A stretch of 64,000 bases of DNA from Macrostomum hystrix (taxonomy: Eukaryota; Animalia; Platyhelminthes). The DNA is taken from contig CATNEN010000025.1 in assembly GCA_950097015.1 (NCBI GenBank), forward strand, positions 6,820,001 through 6,884,000, given 5' to 3'. The translations under genes were made by a program, and so were the position numbers. A model generated the notes under the pieces. It saw only the letters and a list, made by a program, of their open reading frames with translations. It ran no database searches and had not been told where the DNA came from. This document shows, piece by piece, positions 1 through 11,887 of this stretch. Position 1 is the stretch's first letter, and each line of letters opens with the position of its first letter.

Positions 1-235
1 TTCAGTTGGACTAACTGTCTACCCAGTTTCACACCTTCAGTTGGACTAACTGTCTAGCCAGTTTCACACCTACAGTTGGACTAACTGTCTAGCCAGTTTC
101 ACACCTACAGTTGGACTAACTGTCTAGCTTGTTTCACACCTTCAGTTGGACTAACTGTCTAGCTTGTTTCACGCCTTCATTTGGACTAACTGTCTACCCA
201 GTTTCACACCTTCAGTTTAACTAACTGTCTAGTAA
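1..235. repeat. 35-bp minisatellite (TTCAGTTGGACTAACTGTCTACCCAGTTTCACACC), cut by the window start
   Basis: About 6.5 tandem units read directly; same unit as 1919-2836. Confidence 0.95.
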
Positions 236-711
236 TTTTGACACCATCAGCTTGTGCTATTTGTCCAATAAAAAGCCTTAGATGAACAGTCGTAGATGAA
301 TATTGGCAGGCTTCGAACAGCAGTGTAAGCCGTGTATATTTGTCTGCAAATGTCCACAGCAGTCGCGCTTTCTGTTTAATTCGCTTCGAAAATTCTCCGA
401 GTCTTCTTTCTCTCTGTTCAGTTGCTTGAAATGTACGCTACTGCATGTATCTGGTTGTATTGTGCGCACCGATTGCTTCGGTAACTATCCATTTTGTTCG
501 CGTTACTGTCTCGTCACGATTTGCAAATAAACCTATTGCTGAGGAATGAGCACTGAATTACGACTCCTATTATATTTTACCAATTCTCTGTTGATTTGTT
601 TACTGATTATCTCAAGTTGTATAGAGCAAAAGTTATCTCACTGTGGCTCACTTATACTTTTTTATTTTTGCATCCATACCAGTTCATCCGAACACCGCCT
701 CCGCTGTACCA

Positions 712-1250
712 GACTCCACTGTCAGCTGAACCAGACTCTTCCACAGTCAGTCAGCTGTACCGGACTCTTTTACAGTCAGTCAGTTGTACCAGACTCTCCC
801 ACAGTCGGTCAGCTGTACCAGACTCTCCCACAGACAGTCAGTTGTACCAGACTCTCCCACAGACAGTCAGTTGTACCAGACTCTCCCACAGTCAGTCAGT
901 TGTACCAGACTCTTCCACAGTCAGTCAGTTGTACCAGACTCTCCCACAGTCGGTCAGCTGTACCAGACTCTCCCACAGACAGTCAGTTGTACCAGACTCT
1001 CCTACAGTCAGTCAGCTGTACCAGACTCTCCCACAGACAGTCAGTTGTACCAGACTCTCCCACAGTCGGTCAGCTGTACCGGACTCTTTTACAGTCAGTC
1101 AGTTGTACCAGACTCTCCCACAGTCGGTCAGCTGTACCAGACTCTCCGACAGTCAGCTGTACCAGACTGTCACAGTCGGTCAGCTGTACCAGACTCTCCC
1201 ACAGTCAGTCAGTTGTACCAGACTCTCCCACAGTCGGTCAGCTGTACCAG
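712..1250. repeat. 29-bp minisatellite (GTTGTACCAGACTCTCCCACAGACAGTCA)
   Basis: GTTGTACC recurs at 841 and 870 (period 29); accounts for the repetitive ORFs at 546-1396. Confidence 0.93.
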
Positions 1251-1918
1251 AGTCCAGTCTTTCCATACAACAAGAAGCAGAAGACATAATCAGATTTTGG
1301 TCCTTCTTATCGATTGACAATGTAGGCACTTACAAGCGTTCAGTAAAAAGAATAGTTTACAATAATTTATTTTTTATGCAGACAGATAGCTCGTAGTGCT
1401 GATTATATTTACGAGTATTTTATGCTTCCAAAATCTTGAAGCAGTTGAAAAAATCTGTTTCTTTTTTTCGTTTTTTATAGTTAGATCTGCGAGTGCACAG
1501 GATTAGAACAAGAGTATAGTTGGGTGATTGGAGTACAGTACAGTAAGTCTTAACTGTCACTTCGATTAGCTAATAGATAAAGAAAAAAAGAGGATGTTGA
1601 GAAAGAGAAGCTAATAGATAAACCTGCATTAATGGCGATCAGGAATCTCTAAATAACCTTTCTAATCTCCCATGAGAATTTTCTTATTAAAATGATACTA
1701 ACTACAGGCTAGGTAAGTCTTGGCGCGAATGAGAACTATTATTTAAAATCACTATAATCCATACGTGTAATATCATGTCTTACAAACTCAAATAACCATG
1801 ACAGGGACTGACTGGTAGAAGGTATTAACTCAGCCCAATATCATTGAAAAACGCGTACAACAATCAAACCATCTTGCTATGAACTGAATTAGGAACAGAC
1901 ACCATACGGTCCAGCAAT

Positions 1919-2836
1919 ATTCACACCTTCAGTTGGACTAACTGTCTAGCTTGTTTCACACCTTCAGTTGGACTAACTGTCTAGCTTGTTTCACACCTTC
2001 AGTTGGACTAACTGTCTAGCTTGTTTCACACCTTCAGTTGGACTAACTGTCTAGCTTGTTTCACACCTTCAGTTGGACTAACTGTCTACCCAGTTTCACA
2101 CTTTCAGTTGGACTAACTGTCTACCCAGTTTCACACCTTCAGTTGGACTAACTGTCTAGCCAGTTTCACACCTTCAGTTGGACTAACTGTCTACCCAGTT
2201 TCACACCTTCAGTTGGACTAACTGTCTAGCTTGTTTCACACCTTCAGTTGGACTAACTGTCTAGCTTGTTTCACACCTTCAGTTGGACTAACTGTCTACC
2301 CAGTTTCAAACCTTCAGTTGGACTAACTGTCTAGCCAGTTTCACACCTTCAGATGGACTAACTGTCTACCCAGTTTCACACCTTCAGTTGGACTAACTGT
2401 CTACCCAGTTTCACACCTTCAGTTGGACTAACTGTCTACCCAGTTTCACACCTTCAGTTGGACTAACTGTCTACCCAGTTTCACACCTTCAGTTGGACTA
2501 ACTGTCTAGCTTGTTTCACACCTTCAGTTGGACTAACTGTCTAGCCAGTTTCACACCTTCAGTTGGACTAACTGTCTAGCCAGTTTCACACCTTCAGATG
2601 GACTAACTGTCTACCCAGTTTCACACCTTCAGTTGGACTAACTGTCTACCCAGTTTCACACCTTCAGTTGGACTAACTGTCTACCCAGTTTCACACCTTC
2701 AGTTGGACTAACTGTCTACCCAGTTTCACACCTTCAGTTGGACTAACTGTCTACCCAGTTTCACACCTTCAGTTGGACTAACTGTCTACCCAGTTTCACA
2801 CCTTCAGTTGGACTAACTGTCTAACCAGTTTCACAC
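1919..2836. repeat. 35-bp minisatellite, second array of the 1-235 family
   Basis: About 26 units with variants CTACCC/CTAGCC/CTAGCTT. Confidence 0.95.
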
Positions 2837-3044
2837 TTTCTGGGTTGAAATCCGGAAAATTGGCTACAAAGATCGTAGGCCAAGCTCAGATGTGAGGGAT
2901 GAGAGATATTTAACCATATCATGGATCTTAGCGAGGGGATTTCGATGGATAGGATCTCAACTAAGGGTTTCGGACAGATAAGATCTCAATTTAGGGATTT
3001 TAATTAGTCAATCAGAAACCAGATCAAAAAAATTGTTCTTGAAT

Positions 3045-3345
3045 GATGGGATCTAAACCTTTGGGATTTTAATCTATGGGATTTGAATCTATAGGATCTT
3101 AGTTTATGGGATCTGAATTTATGCGATCTGAATCTATGGGATCTGAATCTATGGGATCTGAATCTATGGGATCTGAATCTATGGGATCTGAATCTATGGG
3201 ATCTGAATCTATGGGATCTGAATCTATGGGATCTGAATCTATGGGATCTGAATCTATGGGATCTGAATCTATGGGATTTGAATCTATGGGATCTGAATCT
3301 ATGGGATCTGAATCTATGGGATCTTAATCTATGGGATCTGAATCG
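3045..3345. repeat. 15-bp minisatellite (ATGGGATCTGAATCT) downstream of GID8
   Basis: About 20 units with degenerate edges. Confidence 0.95.
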
Positions 3346-3494
3346 GAATCTCTGGTGTCTCAACCGACGCATAAAAATAGATTAATAAAGCGAAACAGAA
3401 AACTTAATTTGAGCGACTCATAATAAAACAAGCAACCGAGTTTTTTCTAAGAAACAGCAGACGAGTCGCCGAGGTGGTCGGAATCGGGTCCCGA

Positions 3495-4142
3495 TCAGTT
3501 TTTAAACGCGGCTTCGCCAAGTGACTCAGCGGCCAGCCGTGGAAAGCCGGCAACTTTGGCCTCAGCGAGCCGGTCCTGCGACCACAGGGTGAGCTTCAGC
3601 AGGTATTCCAGCCGGCTGCCACTCTCCGGAGTTGACGCCGAGTTAGCCGTGTGGCGATTATCGTCATCATTCGCGTCCTCGGCAGCCAGCAGGGCGGCAT
3701 TCAACTCGCTGGCCAATCGGCTGCGCTGTCCAATGCCAAGCCAGGAGCCGAAAGCCGCAGATTCAGCGGGCCGTTCAAACGCCAGCAGAGCGAGGCACTC
3801 CTCCAGATCCGGCCTCAGGTGCGGCAGTTCATCAGCCAGAGGGCCCAGCTCTGTCTGGGCAAAATCTAGCGCCTCAGGCACGCTGCCAGCTCGCACCAGC
3901 TCCAGCAGGTGCTGCAGTCTCAGGCGAAATGCCAGCTCTGGCCGGCTGGGCAGCAGGCTGGGTTGCATCGTGGCCAGCTGGGCCAAGGCATCAGCTGGCT
4001 GGCCACACTGAATTGACTCGCGCAATCCGGCCCGCATCAGGTCATAGTCGGCGTCGGCGTCGACCTCGGCGTCGTTTGTCGGCTTCGTTGGCAACTGCTG
4101 GGCAGCCTCGCGACGAAACGCTTCGGCCGCTTCAATGTGACC
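3495..4142 (-). CDS. GID8: GID8/TWA1 exon 2 of 2: end of LisH, CTLH and CRA domains
   Basis: GHIEAAEAF...LRESIQCG...LRLQHLLELVR...EECLALLAFERP...RLASELNAALL...LEYLLKLTLWSQ parallels human GID8 as I recall it (GFKEAAEKF...QQQHLIELIR...ERTLALLAFDSPE...KLLKLLLWAQ). Acceptor TTTTTCCAG ends at 4143, phase 0; stop at 3495-3497. Confidence 0.92.
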   Translation of the reverse strand, partial: GHIEAAEAFRREAAQQLPTKPTNDAEVDADADYDLMRAGLRESIQCGQPADALAQLATMQPSLLPSRPELAFRLRLQHLLELVRAGSVPEALDFAQTELGPLADELPHLRPDLEECLALLAFERPAESAAFGSWLGIGQRSRLASELNAALLAAEDANDDDNRHTANSASTPESGSRLEYLLKLTLWSQDRLAEAKVAGFPRLAAESLGEAAFKN

Positions 4143-4401
4143 CTGGAAAAATGTCATGGTTTTAGCGGGCAGTATAGATTATCGTGTAAATTTTCTTAAT
4201 ATACTACTTAAAGATTGGTCGTAAGTAGCTAGAGGAATAATAAAAGTTGCAATGGGCAGTGAACCCAGACTTTCTCAGCCCATTTGAACAGTCATTTAGT
4301 TAGCTAGCAGTCTTTTTTCACGTCTGTCTTTTCAGCAGTCATTTTTGTCAGCATTGATTATTTCATTACCCGGTTAAGTAATGTATAGCTGACGGACTCA
4401 C

Positions 4402-4773
4402 CTGACTGATAAGATACTCCAGCACCAGCTCGTGCAACTCTCTATCGCCACCATCCAATAGCCGCTTGTCTAGCAGCGAGTCCAGCCACTCCTGCCGATC
4501 CTCAGTTTTAGAAGCGGCGGCTGCAGCTGCCAACCTTGGCGCCCAACTGCCGCCAGCCAACGAGCTGCTGGCGTCTGATGTTGATGAAGACGACGAAGAA
4601 GAATTGACTGCGGCGGCCGCTGCGGCCGCAGCTGCGGCGGCTGCGGCAAGGTGTGAACGCGCTGCTAGCGGGCCCAGGTAGCCGCGGTAAGTGGCCACCG
4701 CAGAGGCTGCGCCACCACCGGCTTCACCGCCCGGTGGCATCAGATTCTCCATCGCACTGGCGAAGCTCATCAT
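4402..4773 (-). CDS. GID8: GID8/TWA1 exon 1 of 2; join(4773..4402,4142..3495) = 339 aa
   Basis: MMSFA...EDRQEWLDSL...RELHELVLEYLISQ resembles MSYAE...TKDEWMEKL...MNRLIMNYLVTE. Donor CAG|GTGAGT at 4401; 259-nt phase-0 intron. The start could be 4773 or 4770, or lie in an upstream exon (acceptor CTAACAG ends at 4827). Confidence 0.85.
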
Positions 4774-5117
4774 CTGTCGGATCGACGAGATGACAGACGA
4801 CACATAGGCTCGATCCGGGTCTGCCGCTGTTAGCAATGAGTGTTTGTTAAGCACTGGTTCTAGTTACAACATTTGGTATGGAGCAGCTTTGTATCGCCTT
4901 TTGGTCTCTACAATACTTCTAGTATGACCATCCATATGAATGTGCTAACAGATTGACACTTTATTAGAGCAATGCCTTAGAAACTTTAAAGTGTAGTATC
5001 AAGTAGCAGAATGACACAAATGACAAATAACACATAGATTCTTTTATTCATATCCACATGTTGTGAAAAAAATAGATATACAAAGATTAAAAAACGTAAA
5101 AATTTTTTAATAAGTTT

Positions 5118-5275
5118 GTAGTCGAGTGGGTAGTGTGTTAGTTTGACTCAAGACTTTAGCTGTAGGGGTTTGATTTCCTGCTCTAATAGAACAATTTTTA
5201 AGCAAAACATTCAACTTTGCCCTGCTTCAGTTCATTTAGCTTTTAAATGGGCACCAGCATTGGTTGGGATGTGGG
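5118..5275 (+). mobile_element. Degenerate copy of tRNA-derived SINE family A (head plus central domain)
   Basis: TAGTCGAGTGG (A-box-like), GGTTTGATTTCC (B-box-like) and GCTTCAGTTCATTTAGCTTTTAAATGGGCACCAGCAT align by eye to the 20608-20922 copy. Confidence 0.6.
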
Positions 5276-7218
5276 TATGTTGCACATCTTGTACATGGAC
5301 TTAAGAGCTATATATGTACACTTGAGATATACCATGCAGTAGTGATTTGAGAGGGTGTAATATTAACTTTTATGAAATAAACTTTTAGCCATTTTGCTTC
5401 ATTTACTTTGTCTGTATGCATGTCATATCTATAATCCCAATTACTTTGATAGATTGATTCCCAAGGACTTCAGTTTGAAAAGCTAAAGAAGATTCAATAT
5501 CAAGCCGCAATAGAGTTAACATTGGAATTCATAGAGATATTAGAGACAAAAGGCGTACTAGCTATATTTTGTTACAGCTGAGAAAATATCTGCCATTCTA
5601 ATTACTCATAAAAAGTAGCTTGCAAGTATTTAAACAAATAGCCAAGAGTTAGACATACTAAAAAGCCAGAAGCAAGTGCTTGGGGCCTCTAGAAATTTAC
5701 TCCTAGATCAAAAAATCAGGTAATTGTATAAAACATACACTACAAGTTGTTTCAAGCCTTCAACCATAAAACCTAACATTTATGGCCCATGGAAAGCCAA
5801 AACAAAGAGACAACACTATCCTTTAGGTAACACTTACTGTTTTCTTATAAAAATGTACTGTTTGCTTACAGAATTTTTTTCTCTTGAAAGCTTACTCTTA
5901 TAAAAATTACAGTCAAAAACACAATAAATCAACAAAAATCAACTAGTGTGCTCTGTACACACTTAATCACTCACTTTTGTAAGCTGGATCTTTAAATAGA
6001 TTCTTAAAACTTTCAGTTCAGACAAGCATCCAACGCTGATATGCTTCGGTATAAATCTAGCTTAACCTAAACTGCGTATCAGAAATTACTAAAAAAAGGT
6101 TTTGAAAAAGCAACTGAATCTCAGGACGATGATGTGCATATCGAAGGACGTCTAGCATATACTTGCGTATTCTTAAGAACAATAGGATTAAAATGAATCG
6201 TAAATTTACTTTTTTCTTTTCTTATAACGCTATTTAGTCCGAAGACCAGATATAGCTACTTTATTAATTCATCCAAACATGCCTCTACTTGCGAAAGCAC
6301 GATTTCAAAGAAAATACTGATTTCAAATACTATTGTGCCGAGTAATAACAAAGAGCGAGAACTTATGTTGCTAAAAAAACCGATTCCCAGAAGCACTTAA
6401 GGCGTTTGTCAGTAAAATGCTTTTAAAGCTTTCTTCTTAAATTCCATTGACTCCTATTCTGTTACTAACTGCTTCCTTTTGCATACAAATAATAAATTGT
6501 GCATTTTTGTTACTCAGACTTACACAGTTCCTAGTTGGTTGGTACCAAATACCAACCAAAGTACTCTACAAAATTTCATATGACCTATAACTCCATCTGA
6601 GCGTATTTGTTGTTTTGTTTACACTTAGTTATTATAACTATTATAGCCTTACATAGCTATAATACAATGTGAGTCTGTTCTAGAGTCTACTTCGTAGTTC
6701 TCATTGTCTCTGACTGTCAGCAAGATCAATTGGCTACCATATTTATTTCTTAAACTTATTGTCTTAGCACTGTCGAGTGTTGAGAGCCTTAGCTTTGGAA
6801 TCCTAAAAGTCACTATTCTTGGTCCTAATTGAACCTGTTATCATAGTTTCTGTGTTCATGTGAAGCATTTAATGTTTCCAACTCTAGTTCATTTGAAAGA
6901 AGATAATTTGAAAATATAAAACAAATACTGTAATAGAGAAAACTCAGAATCGACAAAGTTTCTAAGCTCAGAAAACCCCACCCCACAATTAGCATGTGGC
7001 ATTGAATTTCTGAAGAGCTTGAGTTATAAACACCAAAGAATTAAAAGTTCCTATTCTAGGCAGCTTGAAGTGTCTTCACAAATTCTGTGCAATTATCTTT
7101 GTCATTAGCCCTCATTAGGCTGGGGACTGGGTAGTCCACACCACACAACATGTGCATATGTGTCCCAAATGCCCACACACTATTTAAGTGTTCCCATTGT
7201 TGGTATTTAGAAAGGCAG

Positions 7219-8581
7219 GGCTTATTCCCACAGTCCCATGCCGATAATTTAAATTTTATCCACATGGATCCGTGTTGATAATTTTCTGCTTATCCACACA
7301 GCAGCTTGTATGAATAGGTCTAAAACTCTTTATATAAATATGTCGTGCCATTAATTTCAATTTTATCCACACAGTTCTGTTCTTTGAAACTGAGGCCCTT
7401 TGTGGTTTGAACATTTTGTTGAACCCTTGAGCCAATAGATCGACAAAGTTGCCAGTGTGTTACAACAGTGTTCTACATTTCAACCTACACATTTGTTGTA
7501 GGGCTAATTTCTTATTACTTACTAAACTCAAAATTCTAATAATACCAATCATACTGCTGTTACCAAAGTTGTCCTAGGCTTACACTTGATTCAAATACTA
7601 TCTTTATATCAATCTTATGAATGTCTTTACTTTATTCTCTTTATGCACTTTGTTAATTCAAATTGGTAGCATTTATGTATCTAATCTGGTAGAGTTATAA
7701 TATGGCTGACTTCTATTTTACTGTTTTATTCCTATAAGTACTTTGTATCAATACTTATCTGTCTTTATCCATCTTTATCAGTCTTTATCAGTTTTTATCA
7801 CTCTTTATCCATCTTTATTAGTCTTTAATTCAATCTTCAGTTCAATCTTCAGTCCGTCCTTGGGCTTTACCAATGGATCTAGATTTATTGCTTTTTCTTC
7901 ACTCTATTTACTTCTCTTTCGCAATGTCTCTTTCTCAAATAACTTCAATATGAACACTTCAAGATTCAAGCTTTCTTTTACTTTTGAACTCCTTCTTAAC
8001 CGAGGTTGTCCGAGTTAGTTTTCTCTTTATTTTGCTCGTGTATTTATAGTATTTCCTCACCTTCTCTCCTCGGCGACTTCAGTATAACTTATATTTTTTG
8101 GTGCAGATAAACAAATGGCACCTGCATTAAAACAAAATTTACGTAACATTAAAACAAACATATTAAATTTGCGGGAGCAATTTCTAAGAAAATAAAACAA
8201 TCAGAAACCCTATTTCACATTTGTTAACTGACATTAATGTCATCCTTTTTAATTATTGTAATAATAACTTACTAAATCTTTTGTCATCGTTACATGTTTT
8301 CATTCGAATTGTATTGACTTACAACAAAGTAAGAAGTCTATCAAAGAAAATCATATGAGTCAACCAGCAGAATTCTAGTCAGCACCAAACTCGTCACACA
8401 TATTATACATCATTATTTTTCTTTTACACAATGCATTGATAGTGTACACTATACACTATACTCTGAAGCAAAAGCCTTATGCTCCGAGAAGAATAGGTAG
8501 GGACTTGAAAGTAGACCTATTCATACAAGCTGCCATGTGGATAAAATTGAAATTATCAGCATGGGACCATGGGAATAAGCA
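7219..8581. repeat. Imperfect inverted repeat pair (arms about 7219-7322 and 8512-8581), probably an old non-autonomous DNA transposon
   Basis: The reverse complement of 8512-8581 matches the left arm apart from a ~33-nt insert in the left arm. No TSD found. Confidence 0.65.
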
Positions 8582-9317
8582 CTTCCATTTAGAAAAGTTC
8601 ATCACAAACTGTGAAGTTCTTGATTTATTTATTATTGCTAGTGTCTTGTCATAGCTATCCATATGTCCCTATAAACATGCATGTAGCCTTTAAGTCTTTT
8701 GAAGCTCAAGTTCTTTTTGAAGTTTTTGTGAGCTACATATAATTGGTTGACTTGAGTTTTCTTTTTACCTTTTATTGTTGTATCTATTGTCCATGCAACT
8801 ATTCGTTTTGCTCACTTTAGTAGCACAAACTATATTTGAGAACTCAAGACATGGAAACTAGATATGGGAAACAAAAGTTCCAATAACCACATCTGTATCA
8901 GTTCCAGTTCATAAAGACTGAAATGGGCCCAAATCAGTTTGGTATATAGTTTTAATAAGCTTATTTTATTTCAAGGAGATTGAATATTAAAAAAACTGCT
9001 TTAGAGTTTGGATTTGCCTTATGTATTTAGTTATTTAACTTGTGAGAGCTTTATTGACAATTTTTATAATTGTCTCTGAGCCAGTTTTGATAAGCAAGCT
9101 AACTCATAAGAAATACTCTTTAGGGAGGCTACCCAAAGGAAGCTAGTCTAATATACTAAAAATTTAAATATTGTTTGTTTGCAATAAATCTAGTAAAGCT
9201 TTAGTAGGAAAAGCATTTTTTTCATTTTATTAATCTACATGTAAATATGCTGATAAACACACATATACAACACATATGAGTATACATTAGAGTAGACTTG
9301 AAATGACATGTGATGCA

Positions 9318-9559
9318 CATACATGCGCAACATCCCAAATCTTAGCCGGCCGTGCGACTTAGTTTTTGCTCTATTTACGACTTAGTTTGCTCTCATTTGC
9401 TCTTTTTTTCTCTCCCTTTTTTTCTTTTCTTCACGCCTTCCTTTTATGTCCCTTGGTCCCCCCTTTGATTTTTTTGAGCTTGGTCAATTGGTTTTTGCAA
9501 CTTACCTTGCTTGGCCCTCGTTTCACCTGGCCAGTTCGGCCAGGTGTTGCGCATGTATG
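9318..9559. mobile_element. hAT-type MITE, 242 bp
   Basis: Perfect 15-bp TIR CATACATGCGCAACA / TGTTGCGCATGTATG and perfect 8-bp TSD GTGATGCA (9310-9317, 9560-9567). An 8-bp TSD is typical of hAT, though also of P elements. Confidence 0.85.
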
Positions 9560-10044
9560 GTGATGCATATAAGTTATTGTTCTATATAGAAAAAATGTAA
9601 ATTTCTTTGGTGTCTGTGGCACTATGATCTATCTGGCTATAATTCTAGAGTTATGGAGCTATTTACAAAAGTATTTTTTATTTAAAAAATACTATTCTAA
9701 ATCCTATTTTTGTTGAAAAGTGCTACTTGCCTTAATATATAGTTGAGCTGCATTTGAGTCCATCTGTATAGTAATTTTATTTAGTTACATTTTTTTGATG
9801 TTTTAGGCTAAAACTGTAAAATAATAGCATCTTTGTTAAAAGAAATCATAAGCTTTTGTATAGCAACAGGCCTAGAATTGATATAAAATATGCTACATAT
9901 TGGATTAAAACTTGATTGATCTGATAATAAACTACCCAGGCCAAATTTATTAGACCAGACAGAGGCTCAGCTGTTGCTATTGTAGCTTGTATAAAGTATC
10001 TAGATATGGGATTCATTTTACAGCTTTGTGAGCTGAAGCAATTA

Positions 10045-10130
10045 GAAGTTCAGTGTCTTACTCAGTGGCCCAGATTCGAACTCTAGACTTCTGAGTCGGA
10101 AGTTAAGAGCTCTAACTAACTAATCACTAT
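10045..10130 (-). mobile_element. Degenerate tRNA-like SINE head
   Basis: Minus strand reads TAGTTAGTTAGAG...GAGTTCGAATCTGGG...GAGTAAGACACT (A/B-box-like plus the start of the central domain). Confidence 0.45.
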
Positions 10131-10978
10131 ACTGTTTTAACTTTTTGTGACAAAAAAGTGAACCGAAATTATTGAGTGAGCTATCAGATGAAAACCTGGA
10201 CTATAGTAAACAAACATTTTTATGAATAAAATTATTATTAAATTTTCGGTGTTTCTATTAAATTAAAACATTCACTTTCTAATTGTTTTTTGCCCATGTA
10301 AGGACGAAGTGGTATAGAAGGCATTTAAAATTGGTGTTTGCCTATGCTAACCTGCCTGAATGGCTAACCTCCAACAAAGCATTCCAAAGCAATATTTTTG
10401 TGCTAAAGCACCTGAAAAATTAGGAGCAAATAGGGATTTTGCGCGCGACTGTCGTAATCCCACCAGGAGGGGGTGTTTCGTTGTCTCTCCGCTTTAAAGG
10501 CTAAGGGCCAGGTATAGGTTAAGTTCCCAAAGGTAGAGGATTAACTGCGAGACACTAGTCCGCTTCCCTGTTAGAATTTTCTGCTAGGGTTCGGTTGATA
10601 ATAAAAATGGGTGGGGTGGCAGTCAAAAAAGTTGATAAGATTAAAAGGAGCTCTCCCCCATGGGGAATAGGACCCCACCAAACACTCCGCGGTTCCCACA
10701 GAGCTGGCCGGGTTTCCAATTTTACACCGAAGCCAGCGGGGACGAAGTTTAGAGGAATCTGGAGTGGCTTCCCCTAGCCAATCCGGGTAAGATTTATTAT
10801 CTCTGTCCCGTCTCTGTCCACTTCTTTTTAACCTCCGGCTTACTTTTGGCCAGTTCCTGTTTTCATTGGCATCAAAGCTGGAATTCGCAGCTTTTATTTA
10901 GCTTTAGACAAACAATTGGTTTCAGACTTGTGCCTGTTAAATTTATTTTCTTTCAGCTCTATCTGAAACCCGGTAGAA

Positions 10979-11363
10979 ATGCTGTTGTCAATGTCCCTGC
11001 CGATGCTGCTGTTGAACGTGCTGACTGCCGCGTCGATGGCCGACTCCGGAATTTTTCGCATCACGTCCTCTGTCACGCCGACACCTGTGGCAGTCGGCCA
11101 GCCAGCTAATCTCACCTGCAATCTAGAATCAGCGGGTGCTATGCGCAACACCTATTCGCTTTATTGGCATTCTAATCTAATCGAAGTAGCCGAGAATTGC
11201 ATCGCCTACAAGCCAGAAAAGCACAAAGCCTATTGTAATAACGTTGACGGCAAGCTCGCCACGCAATATACACTGGAAATTAAAAGTGTCACGTGGGAAG
11301 ATCGCGGCAGGTGGCACTGCAAATTTGTCACTAATCAAAGCTACGTGTTCCTTGATGTCATTT
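10979..11363 (+). CDS. Two-Ig type I membrane protein exon 1: signal peptide and V/I-set Ig domain; join(10979..11363,11888..12337,12789..12943,13274..13348) = 354 aa
   Basis: Hydrophobic N-terminus; canonical Ig residues NLTC, LYW and DRGRWHC; donor T|GTAAGC at 11364 (phase 1). Probable 5'-UTR intron 10787-10956. Confidence 0.88.
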
Positions 11364-11404
11364 GTAAGCTCCATTGCATATATATTAACTGCCACACTTT
11401 AGGC

Positions 11405-11812
11405 CAGGGGTTGGCAAACTCCAGCCCGCGGGCCAGATGCGACCATCGAAGCTATCAAATCTGGCCCGTTGTCCATACAGTATCCTGTCTCACCTCTCCC
11501 CTGTCTGATCTCTCCCCTGTCTCATCTCTCCCGTGTCTCATCTCTCCCGTGTCTTATCTCGCCCGTGTCTCATCTCTCCCGTGTCTCATCTCTCCCGTGT
11601 CTCATCTCTCCCGTGTCTCATCTCTCCCGTGTCTCATCTCTCCCGTGTCTCATCTCTCCCCTGTCTCATCTCTCCCGTGTCTCATCTCTCCCCTGTCTGA
11701 TCTCTCCCCTGTATAATCTCTCCCTATCACATATTTCTACAGTCAATGCGGCCTGCTGTCGTCTTTTAGGTTCTCTCTTCTGCCCTTGCCGACAGAAGCT
11801 TGTCGACCTCTG
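11405..11812 (+). mobile_element. hAT (Charlie-like) MITE family B copy 1, in Ig-gene intron 1, carrying ~240 bp of a 16-bp minisatellite
   Basis: TIRs CAGGGGTTGGCAAACT / AGCTTGTCGACCTCTG; 8-bp TSD CTTTAGGC/CTTTAGGT (7/8); subterminal GCCCGCGGGCC; internal (GTGTCTCATCTCTCCC)n at about 11485-11725. Confidence 0.85.
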
Positions 11813-11887
11813 CTTTAGGTAGTAGAAAGCTTGGCCCTAATGTTTCCCGATTTTAAAATATGTTTCTCTTTCCTTTCAAACTCGAAG

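Noticed and set aside
278-530. Short non-repetitive ORFs on both strands
   Set aside because: No recognisable domain and no consistent partner exons.
3556-4681. Antisense or alternative-frame ORFs over GID8, Vsx exon 1 (39313-39934) and TP53I11 (48163-48834)
   Set aside because: Shadow ORFs of GC-rich coding exons or of the (CAGT)n repeat.
4774-4854. GTG-initiated N-terminal extension of GID8 in the ORF track
   Set aside because: Homology begins at MMSFA, and the extension crosses a strong splice acceptor at 4827.
7256-8544. Perfect bacterial DnaA boxes (TTATCCACA x4) suggesting an oriC or contamination
   Set aside because: They sit between spliced animal genes with no bacterial ORFs; better explained as transposon subterminal repeats.
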